Assembly: GCA_046598045.1 (NCBI GenBank)
Contig: JBKJJJ010000028.1
Location: 1 to 16,368, forward strand
Origin: Candidatus Eiseniibacteriota bacterium
GTDB lineage: Bacteria > Eisenbacteria > RBG-16-71-46 > DASYSL01
Length of the DNA stretch: 16,368 nt
Direction of reading: 5' to 3'
Under the pieces are notes generated by a model. That model was not told where the DNA came from and did no database searches. It worked only from the letters and a program-made list of their open reading frames with translations. Position numbers and translations under genes: made by a program. Positions 5,629 to 14,255 of this stretch are shown here, in pieces (the first letter of the stretch is position 1; every line of letters begins with the position of its first letter).

Positions 5629-7073
5629 GCGATCCCGTCGATCAGCCCGTTGAAGATCAGCCCGTGCAGCGGGTAGAGCGCAAACCAGTAGAGCCAGCCC
5701 ATCAACCCCTTCGGCGCGAAGAACGCGGTCTGCGATAGCAGTGTGCGGTGGTCTTCGCGCGGAACCACCTGGAATTGCAGCCACGCCTTGCCGGGGACCT
5801 TCATCTCGGCGCGCAGTCTCATCATGCGGTCCGGCTCGACGGCCTCGACCCGCCAGAAGTCGAGCGCATCCCCGACGCGCACGCGGTCCGGGTCGCGGCG
5901 GCCCCGCCGGACGCCCACGCCGCCCAGCAAGCGATCCAGCCATCCGCGAAGTCCCCACGCCCAGTTCATGAAGAACCACCCGCGCATCCCGCCCAGCCCG
6001 GTGAAGACGGCGTAGATGTCCGCAGGGGACGCGGAGACAGTGCGTTGCCGGTGCTCGAGGATCATCCCTTCCTGGTTGGTCAGCACCACGGGCGGGACGT
6101 CACCCTGGGTCGTGCCCAGGGCGTCACTCCACGTGGTCTCGATGTTGCTCGCCTGCAATTGCGCGAGCGTGCGCTCCACGGAGACGCGGTAGCTCACGGG
6201 CCGAATGTGGGGGAACATCTGCGCGGCGCCCGGGTCGTGCACGATGTTCTCGTTGCGCAGGCCCTCGACGAGCGGACGCGCGATCACGGCCGGAATGGGA
6301 GTGACGATGTTCACCCAGTAGGACGACAGGCGTGGTGTCAGCACCGGGACGGGGACCATCCAGCGCTTGAGTCCCCGCACTTCGGCGTAGATCATCATCA
6401 TCTCGCCGTAGGTGACGATCTCCGAGCCGCCGATCTCGAGGATGCGGCCGCTGCTTTCGGGAACGGCGAGCGCCGCGGTCAGGTACTCGAGCACCTCGCG
6501 AATGCCGATCGGCTGGGTGCGGGTGTAGACCCAGCGCGGGCAGATCATCACGGGCACTCGCTCCGTCAGGTAGCGAATCATCTCGAACGAGACGCTGCCC
6601 GATCCGACGATCACGCCTGCGCGAAATTCGGTCACGGGCACGCCGGAGCGGCGGAGCACGTCGCCCGTCTCCTGCCGCGAGCTCAGGTGCTCCGAGAGTC
6701 CGGGCGAGGCCTCGGCGAGGCCGCCGAGGTAGAGGATGCGTTCGATACCGGCGGCATGGGCGGCCGATGCGAAATTGTCGGCGGCGCGAATGTCGCGCTC
6801 GTGAAAGTCGGAGCCGCTTCCCAGGCTGTGGACCAGGTAATAGGCGAAGCGGACGCCGAGCATGGCTTCGGCGAGGCTTCCGGGCTGCAGCACATCGCCC
6901 GCGAGGATCTCGACGTCACCGTGCCAGGGGCGCCCCTGCAAGCGGGCGGGGTCGCGCACGAGACAGCGGACGCGATACCCCAGGGCGAGCAGGCGCGGAA
7001 CCAAGCGGCCGCCGATGTAGCCCGTCGCGCCGGTGACGAGGACGAGCTCGCGCTCTGCATTCGCTGAGCCCAT
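5595..7073 (-). CDS. YbjT-like atypical SDR / NAD(P)-binding oxidoreductase with C-terminal DUF2867, 492 aa
   Basis: VLVTGATGYIGGRL Rossmann motif, YYLVHS, RAGVIVGSGS; C-terminal GDALDFWRV...LRAEMKVPGKAWL...YW...PLH. GGGAG SD. Confidence 0.9.
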   Translation of the reverse strand: MGSANAERELVLVTGATGYIGGRLVPRLLALGYRVRCLVRDPARLQGRPWHGDVEILAGDVLQPGSLAEAMLGVRFAYYLVHSLGSGSDFHERDIRAADNFASAAHAAGIERILYLGGLAEASPGLSEHLSSRQETGDVLRRSGVPVTEFRAGVIVGSGSVSFEMIRYLTERVPVMICPRWVYTRTQPIGIREVLEYLTAALAVPESSGRILEIGGSEIVTYGEMMMIYAEVRGLKRWMVPVPVLTPRLSSYWVNIVTPIPAVIARPLVEGLRNENIVHDPGAAQMFPHIRPVSYRVSVERTLAQLQASNIETTWSDALGTTQGDVPPVVLTNQEGMILEHRQRTVSASPADIYAVFTGLGGMRGWFFMNWAWGLRGWLDRLLGGVGVRRGRRDPDRVRVGDALDFWRVEAVEPDRMMRLRAEMKVPGKAWLQFQVVPREDHRTLLSQTAFFAPKGLMGWLYWFALYPLHGLIFNGLIDGIARRAVAVKRKR

Positions 7074-7082
7074 CGTGCTCCC

Positions 7083-7916
7083 CTAGGCGACTTGCAGGTA
7101 GCGATCGACGAATCCGGACACCCACTGCAGGAGCGACACGTTGAAGTACGCAAGATCAAGGTCGACCCCGTGCCCCAATCGAGTCGCCGCAGGGAACTCC
7201 GCCGGGGCGCTCGTGTCCGCCGGCGTCCCTTGGAGGAAGAGCGAGCCACGGATCCAGCTCGAGTCGGGGTAGTAGGCGAACACCGCCGAGCCGTCGCGGA
7301 TCCGATCGATCACCTTCGCCGCGTCCTTCGCCGCAAGGGCGGGGCATCCCCAGCTCCGGCCCACCTTGTCGCGGGCGGCGAGCGCCGCGCTCACATAGTC
7401 CGAACCGTGGATGACGATCGCGCGCGCGGCGGCCTGGTCGTTGAACCCGGGCTCGAGGCCGTCGAGCCGGAGCGAGCGTCCGTGTTTGCCCACGTAGACG
7501 TCCCGCGTCACGAACAAGCCGAGGCTGGTCTCGAGGCTCGACTCCTCGTTCGAGAATTGCGTCGCGTAGGTGTCTCCGCTGTTGCGGCCATGGGCGACCA
7601 GCTCCTCGAACACGAGGCGCCGCGCTGCGAGATCGAACACCCAGAAGCGGGGTTCGACCGATGGCCGCGAATAGTCGATTACGGTCAGGACGTCGGGCTC
7701 GGGCAGGAGCCCACGCTCGAGTGCCCGGTCGTGCGCCTCGAGCGCCAACTGCAGGACCAGGGGATCGATCGAGGGGGCCGCCACGGCGAGCGCGCTCCGG
7801 AGGGGGAGCATCATTGCATGCGCGCGTGCGGGCGCGAGGATTTCGAGGACGATCAGCGCCGCGAGCAGGCCGAACGGGCCGCGGCGGTGGGCGGGGTGGA
7901 TCCTGGGCGTGGGCAC
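7083..7916 (-). CDS. Murein L,D-transpeptidase catalytic-domain (YkuD_2) protein
   Basis: LTVIDYSRPS, VAHGRNSG, FSN...SLG, RAIVIHG (His) and GRSWGCPA (Cys). N-terminal signal peptide ending AHA. The GTG start is uncertain. Confidence 0.88.
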   Translation of the reverse strand: MPTPRIHPAHRRGPFGLLAALIVLEILAPARAHAMMLPLRSALAVAAPSIDPLVLQLALEAHDRALERGLLPEPDVLTVIDYSRPSVEPRFWVFDLAARRLVFEELVAHGRNSGDTYATQFSNEESSLETSLGLFVTRDVYVGKHGRSLRLDGLEPGFNDQAAARAIVIHGSDYVSAALAARDKVGRSWGCPALAAKDAAKVIDRIRDGSAVFAYYPDSSWIRGSLFLQGTPADTSAPAEFPAATRLGHGVDLDLAYFNVSLLQWVSGFVDRYLQVA

Positions 7917-8147
7917 GTCTACTAGATGTCCCGAACCGGGGAGCAGTTCCGAATACCGGCCGCATGGCCCGACCTTTTTCGAGCCCGGCTCCGTGCGATC
8001 GGAAAGGCGCGCTGAAATCCGGTTTATCTCTGGAGCATCGTCATTTCGATTCGAACTCTGCCCTCCGCTCCGCCGGGTGGCCCGGATCTGCGCCGGGCAG
8101 GCGAGGGCCCACCGATCCCCGAAAGGGGTGGGAACTCCCGACCCGCA

Positions 8148-8786
8148 TCACCGGGCGAGCGCCTTCAATGCGGCATCCGCGGTCACGCGATCCCCGTGAC
8201 CGTGCGCGATGCCGGCGAACGTGATCCTGCGCTTCGAATCGAGGACGAAGGTTGCCGGGTACGCGGTCTCGTTCGCCGCCTCCCAGCGCAGGTGATAGGC
8301 GTTGGTCACCGCGTAATCGGGATCGGGCACGATCGAGAAATGCGGGGGGTAGTCCTTGCCCTTCACGAACTCGCTCGCATGCTCCTCGAGTTGGTCCGAC
8401 GGGCCAGGATAGATGAAGACGACGCGGGCTTTCGCTTTCTTGAACGCGGCGCTCCTCCCAAGGAACTCGCCGAACTGCCGGGTGCAGAATGGACACTGAT
8501 ACCCCGGGTAGCCGCGAAGCATGACGAGCACGACCGGGCCCTTCCGGACGAGGGTCGAGAGCTTGATGCGTTGGCCGCCGAGCGCGGGGAGCGCAAAATC
8601 CGGGGCTTCGTCCCCGACCATCGGCGCACTCATCTCTTCCATCCTTTCGGCCGCGCGGGCCGATTGCGGGGTGAGGAGTCCGGTGCCGAGGCTCGCCGAG
8701 ACCAGGAGTGCCGCCGCGAACGGGAGCACGCTTCGAGCGAAGTCTTGCATGTCGAACCTCCTAAGGGCGAACGCGACGCGCGTCAT
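8148..8786 (-). CDS. Exported AhpC/TSA (peroxiredoxin-like) thioredoxin-fold protein
   Basis: VGDEAPDFAL, GPVVLVMLRG, CPFC, PATFVLD; signal peptide ending ARA. The start is either 8786 or 8750; both have strong SDs. Confidence 0.85.
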   Translation of the reverse strand: MTRVAFALRRFDMQDFARSVLPFAAALLVSASLGTGLLTPQSARAAERMEEMSAPMVGDEAPDFALPALGGQRIKLSTLVRKGPVVLVMLRGYPGYQCPFCTRQFGEFLGRSAAFKKAKARVVFIYPGPSDQLEEHASEFVKGKDYPPHFSIVPDPDYAVTNAYHLRWEAANETAYPATFVLDSKRRITFAGIAHGHGDRVTADAALKALAR

Positions 8787-8897
8787 GGGCAGTCTCCTCC
8801 CGGGGTTTCTTCTCTCGTACGCCCGGACGGTTCGATTGTGACGGACAACCGGGATGAGTTCACCTGCGCAGCCGGCGTTATCAATCGCGGAAGACTT

Positions 8898-9425
8898 TCA
8901 ATCGGGGCTCGCCCCGCGCTGGAGCCAGGAGCCGGCGAGCCATCCCACGACGCCGAGCACGCCGGCGAGCACGCACCACCGGTAGAGCGCCGCCGCGCTG
9001 ATGAGGCCCAGCAACACGTTCGCGTCGGACCAGGGCGCGAGCGGCGTGATGTCCGCATGCATCAGGCTGTCGAGCGCGACGTGCGATACGGTGCCGAGGA
9101 GCGCGCTCAGGGCGACGGTGCGGGGCGCGAACGCGTCGGGGGAGGCCAGCCACGCGAGGCCCCCGCTAGTGAGCGCGCGGTTCCAGCGCCGCAGGATTGG
9201 CCGACCGAGGAGAGGGGAGATCAGCGTCACCGGAATCGCCATCAGGACCGCGCCGAGGTAGGTGTGCACCGGTCCGTGCAGGACCGCGGAACCCCGCAGC
9301 ATCCGCACGAGGGTCTCGAGATCCATCGCGACCTGTGCGACGCCGAACGTGACCACGCTGAAGCGACGCCCGGCCACCGCCTTGACGGCCAATCCCGGTC
9401 CCATGTGGAACGGCGTGAACGGCAT
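8898..9425 (-). CDS. DUF4184 / YdjM-like membrane-bound metal-dependent hydrolase, 175 aa
   Basis: MPFTPFH, MDLE, LHGPVHT and SHVALDSLMHAD motifs separated by TM helices. GGGAGA SD. Confidence 0.78.
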   Translation of the reverse strand: MPFTPFHMGPGLAVKAVAGRRFSVVTFGVAQVAMDLETLVRMLRGSAVLHGPVHTYLGAVLMAIPVTLISPLLGRPILRRWNRALTSGGLAWLASPDAFAPRTVALSALLGTVSHVALDSLMHADITPLAPWSDANVLLGLISAAALYRWCVLAGVLGVVGWLAGSWLQRGASPD

Positions 9426-9445
9426 GATTCTCCCTGCGAGTCAGT

Positions 9446-9648
9446 CTACGACTTCGCGGGCCCGGCATCGGGCGCGACTCCGAGCAGCTGGAGCGTCCGC
9501 AAGTCGCGCTTGCCTCCGTTCACCGCAAGGCAGCCTCCGCGCAAGCGGCGAGTCTCGGCCCGAGAACGGGATGCGCCAGGTACGCCCGGGCCTCCCCGAT
9601 GCCCTTGATCGCGTACCGCTGCGCGGTCTCGCTGAACGCGAGCCCCTC
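9446..9648 (-). pseudogene. DUF1810 pseudogene (5' truncated, frameshifted, internally deleted)
   Basis: EGLAFSETAQRYAIKGIGEARAYLAHPVLGPRLAACAEAA, then in a shifted frame LAVNGGKRDLRTLQLLG. No start codon or WMW region is present. Confidence 0.8.
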
Positions 9649-9677
9649 AGCGGTGCAGATCGTGCGGATCGGCGGCG

Positions 9678-10397
9678 TCAGGCGGCGGCATCGTCCTTCA
9701 CCACGTTCGCCGGCTCCGCGATTGCGAGCTCGCGCAGGTTCGCCATTGCGCGCGACAGCAGCAGGCCGAGCATGATGAACGAGACCGCGATCCCGCCGAT
9801 ATCGAACACCGTCATCGCGACGCCGTTCAGGTGGAACGGCAACGGGGTCCACGCGCCCGCGAACAGGTTGAGCGCGAGCAGGAACACCCGCGCCTCCGTG
9901 GGTCCGAGCGATCCGTAGCCGTAGCTGAAGCGGCCGAACACGTAGGTCTCGAGATAAACGTTGATCGACAACATCAGGTAGGCGATCACGCCCGCGAACC
10001 CGACCGACAGCAACATGTAGGGAGAGAGCCCGAGCCCGAGGCCGATCGCCGTCGTCGAGTAGGCGTCGGTCAGGTGGTCGAGGTAGAAACCGTAGCGCGG
10101 CCGCTGGATCTTGCGCACCCGCGCCAGCGTGCCGTCGAGGCTGTCGCCGAACCAGTGGACGACCAGCCCGAACGACGCGCCGTAGAGCCAGAGCGGGTTC
10201 GAGTTCGACTTCATGTAGCAGAACGCGATCCAGGTCGCAGCCACGATGCCGAGGCCCGTCAGGTGGTCGGGCATCACCCAGCGCGGCAGCCGCGCGGCGA
10301 TCTTGGGGAGCGCCCACTTCTCGAAGCGGGCGACCAGAAACTTCGCCTGGCGTTCGGCGTCCTTGTGCGGCTTCGGGGTCGGAGTCGTCTCAGGCAT
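9678..10397 (-). CDS. CDP-alcohol phosphatidyltransferase family membrane protein, 239 aa
   Basis: PDHLT and DSLDGTLAR...GFYLDHLTD signature; multiple TM helices. ATG 10397 overlaps the upstream stop (ATGCCTGA). Confidence 0.88.
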   Translation of the reverse strand: MPETTPTPKPHKDAERQAKFLVARFEKWALPKIAARLPRWVMPDHLTGLGIVAATWIAFCYMKSNSNPLWLYGASFGLVVHWFGDSLDGTLARVRKIQRPRYGFYLDHLTDAYSTTAIGLGLGLSPYMLLSVGFAGVIAYLMLSINVYLETYVFGRFSYGYGSLGPTEARVFLLALNLFAGAWTPLPFHLNGVAMTVFDIGGIAVSFIMLGLLLSRAMANLRELAIAEPANVVKDDAAA

Positions 10398-11067
10398 GGG
10401 CGGCGACGTCCGGGACGAGAGGTTTCTGCTTGAGGAGTTGCGCGTAGTAAAGCGTGTTGCGCGCGAGATTCTTGGCCATGTGCTTGGTCGCGCCGTTGAC
10501 CAGGCGTTGCTCACGATCCTTTGCCGTCGGCTGACCGACCTCGCCCACCCAGTACGCCGCGCACTCGGGGGGGAGCGTGAAGCCCATGAACGTCAGCACC
10601 ATCATGATCGTGCCGAGCGTCGAGAGCGCGCCGTCCTCGCTGCCTGTGATCACGACACCCGCGACCTTGTTGTAGAGCGCACTCCGGCCGCTCGCGATGT
10701 ATTCCTCGTCGAGCGCGTCCATCCGCTCGATCACGCGCTGCATCAGGCTCGAGCGCCCGCCCCACCAGATCGGGGTCGCGAACAGGATGATGTCGGCCGC
10801 CTTGATCCTGGGCACGACCTCGGGCCACTGGTCGTCGTCGCTCTCGCGGAACCCGAGGCCGACCGGGAGGCTCAGGTCGGACAACCGCACCACCTCCGTC
10901 ACCAGGTTCGCGTGCTGCGCGCGCATGTTCTCGAGCACCAGCTCCGAGAGCTCGCCGGTGTTCGAGATCTCGGGGCCATGCTTCAGCGAGGCGTTGAGCA
11001 CGAGCACGTTGAGCGGCATGTCGGGCGCAGGCATCGCGCAATCGCCGCAGGGCTTGGTCTTGTACAT
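10390..11067 (-). CDS. Flavodoxin-family / NAD(P)H-dependent FMN reductase-like protein, 225 aa
   Basis: LVLNASLK...SNT, ADIILFATPIWWG, NKVAGVVITGSEDGA. GGAGG SD before ATG 11067. Confidence 0.85.
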   Translation of the reverse strand: MYKTKPCGDCAMPAPDMPLNVLVLNASLKHGPEISNTGELSELVLENMRAQHANLVTEVVRLSDLSLPVGLGFRESDDDQWPEVVPRIKAADIILFATPIWWGGRSSLMQRVIERMDALDEEYIASGRSALYNKVAGVVITGSEDGALSTLGTIMMVLTFMGFTLPPECAAYWVGEVGQPTAKDREQRLVNGATKHMAKNLARNTLYYAQLLKQKPLVPDVAAHA

Positions 11068-11279
11068 GATCGCCTCCGATCGAACGTGGAAACGGGTCCT
11101 CGATCGCTTTGTTCGCATTCTGCGCGGGAGGGAACACCCTAGCCCAGCCGCGGGTGATCCGCTACATTCACTTGGTCCGACGGGCCCACTCTCCGGTGGC
11201 TTTTCCTCGTAGACTCCCTCTCCAGGCAGCGCGATCGCGAACCCGGGCCCGCCCCGTCTTGACCTTTCTCGGAGGATCC

Positions 11280-12452
11280 ATGGCCGTCTTCAACGGAGTC
11301 GACTTCCTGCGCATCGATGACCTCCTCACCGATGAGGAGAAGACCATTCGCCAGGCGGTGCGCGACTGGGTCGAGGACAAGTATCTCCCGCTCGTCGAAC
11401 ACCACTACGAGGCCGCGACGTTCCCGATGGAGATCATCCCGCAGATCGCGGAGCTCGGGCTGCTCGGTGCGAACCTGCCGGTCGAATACGGTTGCGCGGG
11501 CATCGGCGACGTGGCGTACGGCCTCGCGATGCAGGAGCTCGAGCGCGGCGACTCGGGGCTGCGCTCGTTCGTCTCGGTGCAGGGCGCGCTGGTGATGTAT
11601 CCGATCTATGCGTACGGCTCCGAGGAGCAGAAGAAGTTCTGGCTGCCCAAGCTCGCGGCCGGCGAGAAGATCGGTTGCTTCGGCCTGACCGAGCCCGACT
11701 TCGGGTCGAACCCCGCGGGGATGAAGACCACCGCCAAGACGGTCGAAGACGGCTACGTGCTCAACGGCGCGAAGATGTGGATCACGAACGGCACGATCGC
11801 CGACGTCGCGGTGGTGTGGGCGCGCCTCGATGGCGGCTCGATCCGCGGCTTCCTCGTCGAGAAGGGCACGAAGGGCTACAGCGCGCCCGAGCAGAAGCGC
11901 AAGTACTCGCTGCGCGCTTCGGTCACGAGCGAGCTCATCCTGCAGGACGTGCACGTCGGCAAGGACGCGATCCTGCCGAACGGCGAGGGCCTCAAGGCGC
12001 CACTCGGCTGCCTGACGCAGGCGCGCTATGGCATCAGCTGGGGCGTGCTGGGCGCCGCGATGGCGTGCTATCACATCGCGCTCGAGTATTCGAAGGTGCG
12101 CATCATGTTCGACAAGCCGATCGGGTCGTTCCAGCTCATCCAGGCGAAGTTCGCGGACATGATCACGGAGATCACGAAGGGCCAGTTGCTCGCGCTCCAG
12201 GTCGGCCGCCTCAAGGAGAAGAAGCAGCACACGCCCGAGATGGTCTCGATGGCCAAGCGCAACAATTGCGAGATCGCGCTCGACATCGCGCGCGAGGCGC
12301 GCGACATCCTCGGCGCGAACGGCATCACGGGTGAGTATCCGGTGATGCGCCACATGTGCAACCTCGAGTCCGTCAAGACCTACGAGGGCACGCACAACAT
12401 CCACACGCTCGTGCTCGGCGAGGCCGTGACCGGACTCTCCGCGTACCGCTGA
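11280..12452 (+). CDS. gcdH: Acyl-CoA dehydrogenase, glutaryl-CoA dehydrogenase type, 390 aa
   Basis: ELERGDSGLRSFVSVQ, GCFGLTEPDFGS, LNGAKMWITN, CLTQARYGISWG, TYEGTHNIHTL. GGAGG SD before ATG 11280. Confidence 0.88.
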   Translation: MAVFNGVDFLRIDDLLTDEEKTIRQAVRDWVEDKYLPLVEHHYEAATFPMEIIPQIAELGLLGANLPVEYGCAGIGDVAYGLAMQELERGDSGLRSFVSVQGALVMYPIYAYGSEEQKKFWLPKLAAGEKIGCFGLTEPDFGSNPAGMKTTAKTVEDGYVLNGAKMWITNGTIADVAVVWARLDGGSIRGFLVEKGTKGYSAPEQKRKYSLRASVTSELILQDVHVGKDAILPNGEGLKAPLGCLTQARYGISWGVLGAAMACYHIALEYSKVRIMFDKPIGSFQLIQAKFADMITEITKGQLLALQVGRLKEKKQHTPEMVSMAKRNNCEIALDIAREARDILGANGITGEYPVMRHMCNLESVKTYEGTHNIHTLVLGEAVTGLSAYR

Positions 12453-12453
12453 C

Positions 12454-14178
12454 ATGCGCTTCCGCCTCGAGGGCGTTGTCGCGGCGCTCGCGATCCTTCT
12501 CGTGGGGGCACCCGCCGCCCGCGCCCAGGGCCCGCTGCCGCTCGACGCGTTCGCGCACGGGTTCGAGAGCACGCCCCCGGCGCGGCCCGGCGCGCCGCGC
12601 CTCGTGGTGGCGTTGCTGTTCGACCAGTACCGCGGCGACCTGCTCGAGCGCTACCGCCCTGCGTTCAGCAAGACGGGCTTCGCGCGCCTGATGGACGGGG
12701 GCGCGCGCTTCACCGATTGCACGATTCCGTACGCGATCACCTACACCGGGCCCGGCCACGCGACGTGGCTTTCGGGCGCGCCGCCGTCGGTCCATGGCGT
12801 CGTGGGCAACGCTTGGTACGACCGCGTCGAGCAGAAGAGCGTGGCGTGCGTGCAGGACTCGAGCTACGCCAGCGTGGGATCGAACGGGGTCGCCGCGGGC
12901 GAGGCCGCTTCGCCGCGCCGGATGCGCGCGCAGACTGTGGCCGACGTCCTCAGGCGCGACACGCTTGGCCGCAGCAAGGTGGTCGCGATCTCCGACAAGG
13001 CGCGCGGGGGGGTGCTGCCCGCGGGACGCCACCCGAACGGCGTCTACTGGACGGACCCGACGACCGGCCTCTACCAGACCAGCACGTACTATGAACCCGC
13101 GCTCCCGGCGTGGGTCGTCGCCGAGAACGGCCGCCTCGCCGCGAAGCTCGCAGCCGCCGCCGGCACGGCTTGGACGCCGCGCCGCGGCCTGGCCGCGCTG
13201 CTCGCGCGCACGAGCGCGGATCCGAACGACACGTTTCCGCATCCGCTGGTCCTGCCCGATGGCAAGTCCGCCGGCAAGGCGGTCGCGCCGCAGGTCCTGC
13301 TCCCGTACCACCCGCTCGCGCTCGAAAGCGCGTTCGAGTTCGCGCGCGCCGCGATCGACGGCGAGCAGCTCGGCGCCGACGATGCACCCGACCTCCTGAT
13401 CGTCTCGGTCTCGGTAACCGACCGGGTGGGCCACCAGTTCGGGCCGGATAGTCCCGAGGCGCTCGATCTCGCCTCGCGCGCCGACAGCACGCTCGGCGCG
13501 TTCCTCGCGTTGCTCGACACGCGCGTCGGGCGGGGGCGCTGGAGCGTGGTCGTGACCGCCGATCACGGCGTGACGCCGAACGCCGAGATCGCGCGCCGTT
13601 ACGAGTCCGCCCCGTTCGATTCGATCGGACATGTCGCCGCGGCGTCGATCGAATCATGGGTCGACCGGGTGCTCGGCGCGACCGCGCGGGGGCTCACGGG
13701 CCTTGCGCTCTCGGTGAACGACGGCAACGTGACGTTCGACCGCGCGAAGCTCGCCGCGCTCCACCTCGGCGTGAAGGCTGCCGCGCGCACCGTCGCCGAC
13801 TCGGCGTTCGCCAGCCCGCTGTTCAGCGCCGGCTATACCGAGGCCGAACTGCGCGCGCCGGGCGCGGGTGATCCGATCCGGCTCCGCGCCGCGCTCGGAT
13901 GGTTCCCGGGGCGCAGCGGCGACGTGCTGCTGTGCCCCGCGAACGACGTGTTCTACGAGGACGCGGCGCGCGCCCGCGCCGGCCATGGCGGCCCACAGCG
14001 CGACCAGCGCCTGGTGCCGTTCCTGCTTTATGGCGCCGGCGTCCGGCCCGGCGTCCGGCGCGAGCCGGTCAGCTCGCTCGACATCGCACCCACGGTCGCC
14101 CGACTGCTGGGCGTCGAGCCACCGGCGCAGAGCGAGGGGCAATCGCGCTACGAGGCACTGGCGGAACCGCGCCGCTAG
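12454..14178 (+). CDS. Exported alkaline phosphatase superfamily protein, PafA/PhoK type, 574 aa
   Basis: Signal peptide; FDQYRGD, TYTGPGHAT (Thr nucleophile), GNAW, SDKARG (K-x-R), DRVGHQFGP, TADHG, GHGG, DIAPTVA. Confidence 0.88.
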   Translation: MRFRLEGVVAALAILLVGAPAARAQGPLPLDAFAHGFESTPPARPGAPRLVVALLFDQYRGDLLERYRPAFSKTGFARLMDGGARFTDCTIPYAITYTGPGHATWLSGAPPSVHGVVGNAWYDRVEQKSVACVQDSSYASVGSNGVAAGEAASPRRMRAQTVADVLRRDTLGRSKVVAISDKARGGVLPAGRHPNGVYWTDPTTGLYQTSTYYEPALPAWVVAENGRLAAKLAAAAGTAWTPRRGLAALLARTSADPNDTFPHPLVLPDGKSAGKAVAPQVLLPYHPLALESAFEFARAAIDGEQLGADDAPDLLIVSVSVTDRVGHQFGPDSPEALDLASRADSTLGAFLALLDTRVGRGRWSVVVTADHGVTPNAEIARRYESAPFDSIGHVAAASIESWVDRVLGATARGLTGLALSVNDGNVTFDRAKLAALHLGVKAAARTVADSAFASPLFSAGYTEAELRAPGAGDPIRLRAALGWFPGRSGDVLLCPANDVFYEDAARARAGHGGPQRDQRLVPFLLYGAGVRPGVRREPVSSLDIAPTVARLLGVEPPAQSEGQSRYEALAEPRR

Positions 14179-14255
14179 CGGCATGCGGGTGTATACTCCC
14201 GCTGACATTGAAGGAACCCGATCTCCCTCGTTCATCGCAACCAGGACACGACTTC

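Noticed and set aside
9520..10317. 265-aa ORF as a genuine DUF1810 fusion
   Set aside because: Most of it is an alternative frame of the phosphatidyltransferase gene; only the last ~42 codons are the DUF1810 relic.
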